A stretch of 64,000 bases of DNA from contig JAZDJN010000016.1 in the NCBI GenBank assembly GCA_043803945.1, forward strand, positions 32,001 to 96,000, read 5' to 3'. The notes beneath the pieces are model-generated. The model worked only from the letters and a program-made list of their open reading frames with translations, ran no database searches and was not told the origin of the DNA. Below, piece by piece: positions 31,569 through 41,512 of the stretch (its first letter is position 1; each line of letters begins with the position of its first letter). Made by a program: the position numbers and the translations under genes. The stretch comes from a bacterium. GTDB lineage: Bacteria; Bacteroidota; Ignavibacteria; UBA10030.

Positions 31569-33197
31569 ATGAATAATGCGATCTTTAATTTTCCTGTTCC
31601 ATCGAATGAACCAGTGCTCGGTTACATGCCGGATTCGCCTGAACGGAAAGCACTGGTCGATGAGCTGAACCGACAGGCATCGATGGTGGTTGAAATCCCG
31701 ACGATTATCAATGGTAAAGAGGTTTGCACGGGGGTATTGAAAAAAGTTGTCATGCCATGCGACCATAGCCATATTCTCGCACACTATCATGAAGCCGGGC
31801 CCGAGGAAGCAGTCAAAGCCATTGAAGCTGGGGTCAGAGCGAAGAAGGAGTGGATGCAGCTCTCCTGGGTTGAGCGAGCGGCGATCACTTCAAAAGCTGC
31901 CGAGCTTATTGTTTCAAAATACCGGTATGTCCTGAACGCTGCAACGATGCTCGGCCAGGCGAAAAATATCTATCAATCGGAAATCGATGCGGTGACGGAG
32001 ACAGTAGATTTTCTGCGGTACAACGCTCACTTCGTTTCAAAGATTTACAGCGAGCAGCCGCTTTCAACATCGCAGCAGATGAACCGGATTGAATACCGGC
32101 CATTGGAAGGATTTATCTTCACCGTCTCTCCTTTTAACTTCACAGCAATCGGTTCAAACTTGAATATGGCACCCGTTCTCATGGGGAATACAACGATCTG
32201 GAAACCTGCCACCACTGCTGTTCTCTCAAATTACTACCTGATGAAGATTTTTCAGGAAGCCGGTTTGCCGGATGGTGTGATCAACTTTCTTCCGGGTCCA
32301 GGTGCTCCGGTCAGTAATGTTATTTTAAAATCGCGTGATATGGCTGGAATCCACTTCACCGGATCAAACGGCACGTTCAACTGGCTCTGGCGAAAGGTGT
32401 GCGAGAATTTAGAGAACTACAAATCGTACCCAAAGCTTATTGGCGAGACCGGCGGCAAGGACTTCATCTTCGTCCATCCATCGGCCGACGCACAGCAGGC
32501 AGCCACAGCGATTGTCCGCGGTTCATTCGAATATCAGGGCCAGAAATGTTCGGCATGTTCGAGAATCTACGTTCCCCGTTCTCTCTGGCTGGAGATCAAG
32601 GAGATCATGCTTTCGATGATCGCCCGTATTAAAATGGGCGATGTTCGTGACTTCAATAATTTCCTGAACGCCGTCATCGACGAGCGGGCATTCGAATCGA
32701 TTATGAATTACATCAAACGTGCAAAGACGAGTTCTACTGCCACGATTGTTGCCGGAGGCAAAGGATACAAATCGATCGGTTACTTTGTTGAACCGACCAT
32801 CATCGAGACAATCGATCCGCATTTCGTGACGATGGAGGAGGAAATCTTCGGGCCGGTTGTTACAGCGTATGTCTATGACGATGACAAGTTTGAAGAGACA
32901 CTGAAGCTCTGTGATGAAACATCTCCCTATGCATTGACCGGATCTATTTTTGCACGTGATCGGTATGCTCTGGTCAAAGCATGTCAAGAGCTACGGTATG
33001 CGGCGGGCAATTTCTACTACAACGACAAATGTACGGGAGCTATGGTTGGTATGCAGCCCTTTGGCGGTGCGCGAGCTTCCGGAACGAATGATAAAGCAGG
33101 CGGTGTGCTGAATTTGTTACGCTGGACATCGGCACGAACGGTGAAGGAAAATTATCTGCCTCCGACAGATTTTCCGTATCCGTATATGAGTGAATGA
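31569..33197 (+). CDS. pruA: L-glutamate gamma-semialdehyde (P5C) dehydrogenase
   Basis: NEPVLGY, YRPLEGF, SPFNFTAI, HFTGS, GETGGKDF, FEYQGQKCSA, QPFGGARASGTNDKAG. Confidence 0.95.
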   Translation: MNNAIFNFPVPSNEPVLGYMPDSPERKALVDELNRQASMVVEIPTIINGKEVCTGVLKKVVMPCDHSHILAHYHEAGPEEAVKAIEAGVRAKKEWMQLSWVERAAITSKAAELIVSKYRYVLNAATMLGQAKNIYQSEIDAVTETVDFLRYNAHFVSKIYSEQPLSTSQQMNRIEYRPLEGFIFTVSPFNFTAIGSNLNMAPVLMGNTTIWKPATTAVLSNYYLMKIFQEAGLPDGVINFLPGPGAPVSNVILKSRDMAGIHFTGSNGTFNWLWRKVCENLENYKSYPKLIGETGGKDFIFVHPSADAQQAATAIVRGSFEYQGQKCSACSRIYVPRSLWLEIKEIMLSMIARIKMGDVRDFNNFLNAVIDERAFESIMNYIKRAKTSSTATIVAGGKGYKSIGYFVEPTIIETIDPHFVTMEEEIFGPVVTAYVYDDDKFEETLKLCDETSPYALTGSIFARDRYALVKACQELRYAAGNFYYNDKCTGAMVGMQPFGGARASGTNDKAGGVLNLLRWTSARTVKENYLPPTDFPYPYMSE

Positions 33198-33214
33198 CCT
33201 TTATAAAGAGTTCT

Positions 33215-33274
33215 GTCTTCTCTGAGATCAGAAGTCTGTCTTCCATCAGGGATTACTCTTTGTAAGAAGACAGA
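33215..33274. repeat. Left copy of a ~60-bp imperfect direct repeat (right copy 43496-43556)
   Basis: gtcttctc(tg/ca)agatcagaagtctgtcttc(c/t)atcag(g/a)gattactcttt(-/a)gtaagaa(g/t)acaga. Confidence 0.85.
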
Positions 33275-33368
33275 CTTCTCTTCCAGGAGCTGTGAGGGAG
33301 CTCTGCTTCCGAACTTGTTTTTCAATTCTCTTCTGATTCTAATGATACAAAGCAGAACAGTGTATTCG

Positions 33369-36300
33369 TTACCCCAGCGCCTCACTACACACTATTCTTG
33401 GGATATCTTTAGAACGATTTTCCAATTCATCCGCAGAATCTATTCGTTCTTGAATATTGTGTTGATGGTACAAACGAGACAAAGATTTGAGAAGTGATTT
33501 TCCGGTTACTCCGTTTCGACGAAGAAGATTCAACTCCCGGTTTACAGCAGAAGTCTGTGATGAGCGGAATGCTTTTTCCAAAATATTTATTTGTGCCTTT
33601 TCATCTTCATCCTCTGCAATCTTGAAAAGCATTCGGAGTTCACGAATAATGTATCGCTGTGATTGAGTTAATGAGACCGATTGGTCACGTTCAACAGCCC
33701 TTTGCTTTACCTCCTCATCAAATGCTTTTTTCACACTTATAACAATTGTATTGTGACCTATCGGTAATTTTCCACCCGGTTCCCGTTCGCCCACCTTTAC
33801 AGATCCAAGTATTCTGGGTAAATCTCTCGAAATTATTTTTCCATCTGAATCAGTAAGGAACAGTTGCTTATATGTCCCCGACTTTCAGAAGACAAATGTT
33901 CCTTTCGTACTCATAGTCTTTTTTGCCGTCCTAATACCATCACGGAGATTACTGATCCGCTCATATTCAGAGGGATTTTCCTTTCTCAATTGACGCATAA
34001 TTTCTTCTGCTTCATTGAGGTCGAGCATTTCACCTTCTTCATCCTCGAATAAACTTAATTGATCACCCCTCTTCTCATAGATAGCATACATTGCCTCTTC
34101 ATTTAACTGCTCTGTTTTATCAAGTATCTGTGCATCTTCACCGATTGTATCATGGATTTCCTGGATGCGATTGTGTAAGGTCTGTTTCAGTCCCAGGTTC
34201 TTATCGATACCTGTCTCCGGCAAGAAATTGTAGCCCCACACTACAAGATTCTCCGAACCTATACGATCAATTCGACCAAATCGTTGAATGAGGCGCACTG
34301 GATTCCAATGGAGATCATAATTAATCATCTTGTCACAATCCTGAAGATTGAGTCCCTCTGAGAGAATATCCGTGGCAATGAGCAAATTGATTTCAGTTTC
34401 TCCACGAGAGAATATGTAATCTGGATTTGACTTGGGGGAGAACCTGCCAACAACTTTTGTTTTACTTTTATCTCCACTGTAGATCACCTCAATCTCTGAT
34501 TGCTTTTGCCCTGGATTCAGATTATCAAAGAGATATTGTGCTGTATCGGAGTACTGAGTGAAGATAAGTAGTTTCCCATTTTTCAACGCATCCTGCTTTA
34601 ACCATGCAAATAATGTTTGCAGCTTTGCATCTTTTTCCGGAGTTATCTTTTCAACGATTGCCAACATTTCTTCGAGCAATCCCAGATCGTGCTTCACATC
34701 CTGTTTCAACTCTTCTGCTTCAAAATCATCAATCCGATATTTCTCACTTGCTTCAGTTAATGCGGTATAGAGGTCCGCCTCTCCATATTTGTCGGACTCA
34801 TAAAGGATGGCCTGCGCATCATCTCCTGCAGGGACAATTCCATTCTGCAGTGATTTCAAGAACGCTTTATGAATTCTGATCATTCTTTTCAATGTCTCAC
34901 AGAATGCGTAGACACTCGATTCGAACCGTTTGAACAGGAGTGTACGGATCAATCCATGCAAATTAGCACCGGCACGATGAAGATCTAAATATGGATATTT
35001 CTTCTGTTTTTCTTTCACAACATAATGCCATAGGCCATAGCGAGCGTAGAGTAATTCTTTTTGATTACTGCTTTTGCCTTCACGCTTCGGCTTTCCAAGA
35101 TAGCTGCGGAGTTTTTGATATAAACCGCTGTACGTATCTTCAATGCTATATTCTATGGTTTCTAATTCTCGTTTAGGGAAGAATTGATGCCTCCCGCTGA
35201 CAATGACATAGGCTCGTCTCTTACCAGATTTATATTCATCGAAGCGGTTCGGATCAATTGGCTGTTGCGTTTCACTGTTGAATCCGTACCATTTAAGAAT
35301 ATGATTGCGCGTACGGCGAATGAGGATATGAACCAGTAAATCCTGCAGGCGCCTCTCACCTTTTTCAATAAGATCGAAATACTTTTTTAAATCCTGTGGA
35401 TCGATAGGAAGATCGGTTTTATCCTCGGTATGAAATAGCTTGATCTGGTTATAGACATCGGTGACCGCTTTATTGCGTGGTGTTGCCGTGAGAAAGACAC
35501 TTCTTTTTCTTCCTGCACTCAGATATGCTTGCAGCATTTCGTAGCGCTGGGTTGTGTGATGCCGGAAATTGTGGCTTTCATCCACAAGAACAAAATCTCT
35601 GTCGCGATATTTCACATCATCGAGAAGAATATTCTTACCTGCTTCCTCTTGTTCTCTCAAATATCCCATTGAGAGGACGCGCGCATTCAGTTGATAGAGC
35701 TCGTTATATCGCTCCCACATATCGACAAGAGTCGCAGGACAAATAACAAGAGGGCGCGCATGATCTGTCCGTTCAAAGTGTTTGGCAATCGCGGCACCGA
35801 TATAACTCTTTCCCATACCGACAACATCGGCAACGAAAACGCCAGAATATTCTCGAATGATTTGCACCGCTTGCTTTACTGCAACACGCTGAAAATCCGC
35901 CAGCCTGGATGTAATTTCATCATCCCAAAGAATATCTGTTCCTTCACTTTCCTCAAGACGATCGCGGACAAGCTCGTAGAGAGTTTTCATATAAATATCA
36001 TATGGGCGCACCGGAGCCATAGCCCACGATTGCTTCAATTCAGTCATTAACGATTCATCAAAATCTTTTGCTTCATTCCAGAGATCATCGAACCATCGGG
36101 TAAGCTCGGCATGGTTATCCTCACCGTGTACTACGACATTCAGTTCTGTATTATGAGAAATACCGGAGAGTGTAAAGTTAGATGAACCGACAATAGCGAT
36201 ACCCTTTTCATACCTGCCGTCCTGCTTGTAATCAAAAATGTATGCCTTTGCATGAAGACGGCCTTTCGTATAGACTTTTACCTTTAGTTTCTTCTGCTCA

Positions 36301-36686
36301 ATAAGCGAGGCGACAGTAATGATCAGTTCCTCGCTTGCATCTGTTTGATCCATAAGCGAGACAGCTTCTTTGACATTTTCAGTGGTGGTTTTGACATTTC
36401 GTGTTTCATCCGAGCGTTTGATGAATTTGACTTGATTCGTTGCTTCTTCAACCAGCTCAAGACGCTTATAGCCCTCGGAGATTTGTTCAAGCGTCTGATA
36501 TTTTGTGGTATTCCCAATAAGCAAACGGATTTCTCCAACCTCATTAAGCTGTTTCCTCAATGGTTCAAAACCAGAGAGGAAGAAGTAACCAACAGCAAAC
36601 TTGGCACGTTCACTGGATGGCAAAATGCGGAGTATATGATCTATAAGTTTTTCGTTTCGGTTATCGATGATGTCATGTTGTGGCAT
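33369..36686 (-). CDS. PLD (HKD) nuclease-SNF2 helicase fusion, interrupted by an in-frame TGA at 33885-33887
   Basis: LHAKAYIFD...GSSNFT (PLD); ADVVGMGKS, VDESHNFR, LTATP, LSEGLNLQ, QRFGRIDRIG. ORF 33369-33794 is in the same frame with no other stop in between. Confidence 0.88.
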
Positions 36687-36870
36687 TTCGCGGCTACTCT
36701 TTATGTTTAATTATTTGCTTTTTTAACGGAAACTGCTTACTTTAGTGCCGGAGTTTTTACTCCAGCCCCCATACAATGAGAAATTTGTATGATAAGCCCT
36801 CAATTGAAGAGGGCTTGTTCATTACATGACAGATAAAATGTTCGAATTATTAATAATCGCTAAGAGCCGG

Positions 36871-36899
36871 TTGATTCTCATCTCGATATCCGCTAATTT
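36871..36899 (+). promoter_or_regulatory. Putative promoter of the Panacea TA pair
   Basis: TTGATT-N17-TAATTT just upstream of ATG 36911. Confidence 0.5.
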
Positions 36900-36910
36900 C
36901 AAATAGGCAG

Positions 36911-37516
36911 ATGACAAACATAACAATGCAATTGAATAACATTCATAGAGAAAAACTCCTCAACGCAATTCTCCTCTTTTCCAGAAAGACCAAATGTCCT
37001 TCCTTAGTGAAGATGTTCAAGCTGCTCTTCTTCCTTGATTTTTATCACTTCAAGCTCACGGGAAGAACTGTCACCGATCTCGATTATTATGCTTTGCCGT
37101 TTGGTCCGGTTCCAACCGATTTCTACAATGAGATCAAGGATGGCACTGTTCCCCCCGATATGGATCATTCATTTGCACTTGTACCATTGCAGACCGAACG
37201 CGGCACTCCAGCTTTTGAATTCAAATCAAAGAAACCTGCTGATCTCTCTGTGTTCTCACCTCGTGAGCAAAAGCTGCTCGATGATCTTGCTTTTGCTTTC
37301 AAGGATATTACTCCTTCCCAGATGACTGAGATTTCCCATCTGAAAAACCAGCCATGGGATAAAACTATAAAGGGCAAAGGCGCGAATACACTGATCGATT
37401 ACATGCTTGCCATTGACAACGAGGCAACGATTTCGATGGATGATGCTCGTGCCATGCTAATTGAGCATCGAGAGATGGCAAAGAATTTTTCGGTGAAACA
37501 CCATCTCTCAAAATAG
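36911..37516 (+). CDS. Panacea-domain (DUF4065/SocA-like) antitoxin
   Basis: KLLNAILLF, KMFKLLFFLDF.HF..TGRTVT...YYALPFGPVP, EISH....PW. Confidence 0.85.
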   Translation: MTNITMQLNNIHREKLLNAILLFSRKTKCPSLVKMFKLLFFLDFYHFKLTGRTVTDLDYYALPFGPVPTDFYNEIKDGTVPPDMDHSFALVPLQTERGTPAFEFKSKKPADLSVFSPREQKLLDDLAFAFKDITPSQMTEISHLKNQPWDKTIKGKGANTLIDYMLAIDNEATISMDDARAMLIEHREMAKNFSVKHHLSK

Positions 37517-37518
37517 AA

Positions 37519-37932
37519 ATGATCGCCGGTGATATTCTCTTTCATACTGACTTCACCTTCAACGACAAAACCAAAGGTGTAAAACTTCTTATTATTTTAA
37601 ACAATCCCGACTTATCCAAGAATGAGCCATTTCTTGTCATTCGAACCACCTCCCTCCTTAAGGGAAAGCAGATGCAACCTGGTTGTATCGCCGCGTGGAG
37701 ACTCTTTTTCATTCCACCAAGCGAAGGCGAGTTCTTCAAAGAGCCAACGCTCTTGCAGCTTGACGCCATCTACGAAATGGATGCGATAACTGCTGTGAGG
37801 AATGGAATTCATCATACTCTCAAGCAGATCGGACAACTTTCAGCGCTTACGCTCGCACAACTCAAAAACTGCCTGAAACAAATCAAAGATGACATCTCCG
37901 AGAAACACTACAAGCTCATTTTTAAAAAGTAG
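37519..37932 (+). CDS. Putative PemK/MazF-fold toxin
   Basis: GDILF...F.F.D....KLLIILN...LVIRTTS...IGQL pattern; 2 bp downstream of the Panacea gene. Confidence 0.55.
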   Translation: MIAGDILFHTDFTFNDKTKGVKLLIILNNPDLSKNEPFLVIRTTSLLKGKQMQPGCIAAWRLFFIPPSEGEFFKEPTLLQLDAIYEMDAITAVRNGIHHTLKQIGQLSALTLAQLKNCLKQIKDDISEKHYKLIFKK

Positions 37933-37988
37933 TGGCATCCGTTCATCATTATTATTCTAGTAATCAATTCCCTCAATCATTGTCCAGA

Positions 37989-38033
37989 TATTTTTTCATC
38001 GCGATTATTGAAAACGTCATCTTAAGGCGTCAT
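37989..38033 (-). pseudogene. Degenerate copy of the helicase 5' end
   Basis: ATG overlaps the MTase stop (ATGA); reads MTP*DDVFNNRDEKI versus helicase MPQHDIIDNRNEKL. Confidence 0.65.
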
Positions 38034-41000
38034 AATTGTCCCTCAACGATTTCAATCTCTTCTTCGGTCAACCCATATAGCTTGTACACTTGTTGATCGA
38101 TCTGTGCCTCAAAGTCTTTTGTATCATATGTTGGCATTCCCCTCTTTTTCGCCAAAATTTTCTCAACGATTGTAACAAATCGAGACTGGGACTTTTTATC
38201 AAGCAAGTAACAAGGAATAGCATTAAGTCCTTTAACACCTATATGTGGTGTAGCTTTGTTGCCTTTGCGGAGAATCTCTTTTTCAATTGCATAGAATGAA
38301 ATTAACTTTGAGTTTATCAATGCGCATATGTATAGCAGATCATATTTATCATTTTTTTGTGTACCCACCATGATTCCGTATGCACCATATATTCTTTCCT
38401 CTGAATAAGCACACATCAAATATTGACCAGATTCAGGAATAAATAGGCGTGGAACCAGATATCTCTTAGGATCACCAAGGACAAGGGTTTTACCGAAATC
38501 TCTAAGTTCTTTCTCTTTCCCCTGGTCGAAGCAGAAGTAGCCATCGCGATGATCCCATGCGTATGAATACCGGTTGATGGCATGTGTTCCTCCAAGATAT
38601 CTATAATAATTACTGTTCTTCTTTTCTGAGCAGAGAAAACTATCGAAACATCCTCCAATATTCACACCTCTATTGATAGTAATCAGATTGCCCAATACGC
38701 CATCAGCTCTTTCAATTTTTGCGGTTATCTGTCCATATAAAGAGAAATGAAACTCCAGATTTCTATTCGACCGAATTTCTTTAACATTTACTGTTACCGG
38801 TTCTTCTATTTGTCCCTTGTACCATTTAATCGGATACTCCTCTAGAAGTGGCTCGTTTTGAATGGAAAAGATTATGCAATCAACAATTGCTTCAAAAGGA
38901 TGAAGGTCTGTAATTAAGTACTCAATCCTCCCGTTTTCTAAAAGGAATCTACGGACGTATACATAAGAAGGTAACACCGATAACGTCTTATTAACGATGA
39001 AAACAGTTCTTCCTCTCCCAGTAGATATTATCATTGCCCGTTCAGCAAATAAATTCATGCTGTTGGTACGATCACTTTCGTTGAGTAATGAGTTGTAGTA
39101 TCGAATAAAGTAACGTTTCTCCTCGAGGGTTAAATCGTGACCAGTGTTACTATAGAATGAGATATAAGGTGGATTTCCAATTACGATATCAAATCCATCC
39201 TTTTCCCTAAAAACTTCCGCAAAATCCAACTTCCATACAAATGTGTCTATGAGCCTCCGAGTGTGCTCTGTTTCTTTTAGCTTTCCTTGTTGGACAGCAA
39301 TAAGTTTTTCTTTCGTATTTTTTGCCGGAAGCAAAAGCCGGTCGAGTTCTTTAATCTCCACCTTCATGGCATCGCGTTCTTCCTCCTCTGCTTTTTTAAG
39401 CCTACGTTCCCCAAATAATCCGCTTCCATATTTTGATTCGTACGCCTCAACTACTTGATCCTGCCGCAGTTTCAGGTAGAATGAAGCAAGATCGCATTGC
39501 TTGGAAAGTATTTTTAGTTCTGCCTCATGCTTCTTTTTCATATCCGATTCATAGAAGTAGGCGTGTTTGTCATTCTGAATACTGTCGATAAGCTGTTTGA
39601 GCTTCTCTCCTTTTTCTGTTACCTGCGGCAAGTTTAAATTTACATTGTATCCAAATAACTGGTCGATAAGACTGTTTCCCTGTCGTATCCGATAGCTTAA
39701 ATTAGGCAGCGGGGGAATATCTTTCCCTTCATAATCCACCACTAATGAGAGCCAGAGCCGCAGTTCACAAATTCGCACCGCTTGTTCCTGAATATCCACT
39801 CCGTACAGGCAATTTTCAATTAGCTTACGTTTGAGTTGGTAATCATAGTTTTCATGTCTTATTTCCTTTGTCCCTTTCAACACGATATCAAAGAGCTTAA
39901 TCACGGCAATCATCTCGTGGAGCATTCCAACAACGAATGCACCGGAGCCAACTGCAGGATCACACACACGGCATTGTAAGACCAATTGTTTCATCCTCTC
40001 AGCTTCCTGCGTAGTAAAGGAAGATCGAAGCCAGGTAAGTTCTTCCTCCGAAATCTGCGTAGCAGGATTGAGTGTGAACAGCTTTTCTATCTTCTCACGA
40101 TTCAAGCTTAGGCTTGTCTTCTCAGTTGCTCCTTCAATCAAATACTCCTTAAGCGATTGCTGGCACATGAAATGAACAATCACTCGCGGGGTATAATAGC
40201 TTCCGGTAGCTTTACGTAAATCGGTTTTGGGATTTTTTTCCAACGTCAAAATTAAGTTTTCAAAGACTTTTCCAAGCATTTCCGGATCGATTGCTACCTC
40301 CATATCCAGTGCTGTATCTTCACGAACGGTGAAGTTATAATGCTCGAAGAGTTCTTTGAACATTTTGCCAAAGGCTTTATTGCGAATCTTCAGTGGAAAT
40401 TCCCAATTTTCTATTTCGAACAGTCCACCGTTGAGGAAGGGAATTTCTCCGAGATGTTTGAATATCACTTCTGAGCTTGCGAGACGTTGGAAGACAGGAA
40501 GGGCTATTTCTGTGTAGTAGGAAATCTTCTCCGGTTGATTTTGGTATCCCTTCTTGAAGTGAGCATAAAGAAAATTCTTGTTCCCGTTCAGCCAGCCCTT
40601 CTTTTGAATGAAGTAGAGGAACATCAATCTGTTCAGGAGAATTTGCGATATCTCTGCCGATCGTTCAGCATATCTTGGATTAATTTCATCAATTTGATCT
40701 TTCAAGTAATCAAATATAATCCCGAATGATTTAAAGAAATCCTTTGTTACTGCTTCAACATCAAATGCTACATCATGCCGTTGCTGGAGTTCGAGGGGCG
40801 ATAGTTTTTTAGCATCCGGCACTTCGAGCATGGAAATGCGCTGAGCCGCTGTGTGCAACCGTTCATCCGGTCCGATGACAATTCGGCGGAAAATCTTGCG
40901 GCGACTCTCCTCTTCATCATACTTCACATTGATGAAGTGCCACTGCTGTTTGAGAGAATCAAAGAAGAGAAAGAGAGAATAGGGATGATCACGGAGAAGG

Positions 41001-41248
41001 TTATTGATAACGGGACGTTCGACACCAAGCAGGAGCTGGTCAACTTCACAATAAAGGACTTTAAAATCATCATGACCAGCAAGGATTTGAAGCTGTTTCA
41101 CCCTGCCATCAAGAGACGATGGGAACCTCTTTAAAGAAAGAGTCTTTGCAGCGTAATCATAATTGAGTAATGTAGAGAAGAGTTTTGCAGCATCATCGTG
41201 ACTTTTCAGGGATGATAAGCGAGCATAAACAGATTCATGCAATTCCAT
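38030..41248 (-). CDS. Eco57I-like N6-adenine DNA methyltransferase with TaqI-like target recognition domain
   Basis: IPFLNGGLFE, IDPEMLGKVFE, GSYYTPR, CDPAVGSGAF, YGVDI, FDIVIGNPPY, IDQQVYKLYGLTEEEI; start taken at MELHES. Confidence 0.9.
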   Translation of the reverse strand: MELHESVYARLSSLKSHDDAAKLFSTLLNYDYAAKTLSLKRFPSSLDGRVKQLQILAGHDDFKVLYCEVDQLLLGVERPVINNLLRDHPYSLFLFFDSLKQQWHFINVKYDEEESRRKIFRRIVIGPDERLHTAAQRISMLEVPDAKKLSPLELQQRHDVAFDVEAVTKDFFKSFGIIFDYLKDQIDEINPRYAERSAEISQILLNRLMFLYFIQKKGWLNGNKNFLYAHFKKGYQNQPEKISYYTEIALPVFQRLASSEVIFKHLGEIPFLNGGLFEIENWEFPLKIRNKAFGKMFKELFEHYNFTVREDTALDMEVAIDPEMLGKVFENLILTLEKNPKTDLRKATGSYYTPRVIVHFMCQQSLKEYLIEGATEKTSLSLNREKIEKLFTLNPATQISEEELTWLRSSFTTQEAERMKQLVLQCRVCDPAVGSGAFVVGMLHEMIAVIKLFDIVLKGTKEIRHENYDYQLKRKLIENCLYGVDIQEQAVRICELRLWLSLVVDYEGKDIPPLPNLSYRIRQGNSLIDQLFGYNVNLNLPQVTEKGEKLKQLIDSIQNDKHAYFYESDMKKKHEAELKILSKQCDLASFYLKLRQDQVVEAYESKYGSGLFGERRLKKAEEEERDAMKVEIKELDRLLLPAKNTKEKLIAVQQGKLKETEHTRRLIDTFVWKLDFAEVFREKDGFDIVIGNPPYISFYSNTGHDLTLEEKRYFIRYYNSLLNESDRTNSMNLFAERAMIISTGRGRTVFIVNKTLSVLPSYVYVRRFLLENGRIEYLITDLHPFEAIVDCIIFSIQNEPLLEEYPIKWYKGQIEEPVTVNVKEIRSNRNLEFHFSLYGQITAKIERADGVLGNLITINRGVNIGGCFDSFLCSEKKNSNYYRYLGGTHAINRYSYAWDHRDGYFCFDQGKEKELRDFGKTLVLGDPKRYLVPRLFIPESGQYLMCAYSEERIYGAYGIMVGTQKNDKYDLLYICALINSKLISFYAIEKEILRKGNKATPHIGVKGLNAIPCYLLDKKSQSRFVTIVEKILAKKRGMPTYDTKDFEAQIDQQVYKLYGLTEEEIEIVEGQL

Positions 41249-41308
41249 AAAGCTCCATTTGGTATTCTGCTGGTGTAGAGAATGGAGCTTCGGTTGGTGT
41301 CGTTCATC

Positions 41309-41383
41309 TGTCATTCCCGCGTAAGCGGGAATCCAGCGCCTTACGGAGTGAGGCACTGGGTGCCCGCGTTCGCGAGCACGACA
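41309..41383. repeat. dRS3/RPE-like palindromic doublet
   Basis: tgtcattcccgcgtaagcgggaatccag ... ctgggtgcccgcgttcgcgagcacgaca. Confidence 0.75.
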
Positions 41384-41484
41384 GAAAATCTTTTTCGGCT
41401 TCTTTGGTTCAGGGAGTATTTGGAGTTGACCGGCACTTACAATTCTTATGCCTTACAAAGTGACGGTCAACTATCGAGTCCAAT

Positions 41485-41512
41485 AAAAAAGGGTGCATCT
41501 TGCGATCACCCT
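41485..41512 (-). terminator. Intrinsic terminator
   Basis: AGGGUG-AUC-GCAA-GAU-G-CACCCU-UUUUU. Confidence 0.7.

Noticed and set aside
33885-33887. Genome-wide UGA reassignment
   Set aside because: TGA terminates other clear genes here (moaA, pruA, wtpB), so the standard code applies.
41249-41356. N-terminal extension WIPAYAGMT on the MTase
   Set aside because: It is the translation of the dRS3-like palindrome; the likely start is ATG 41248.
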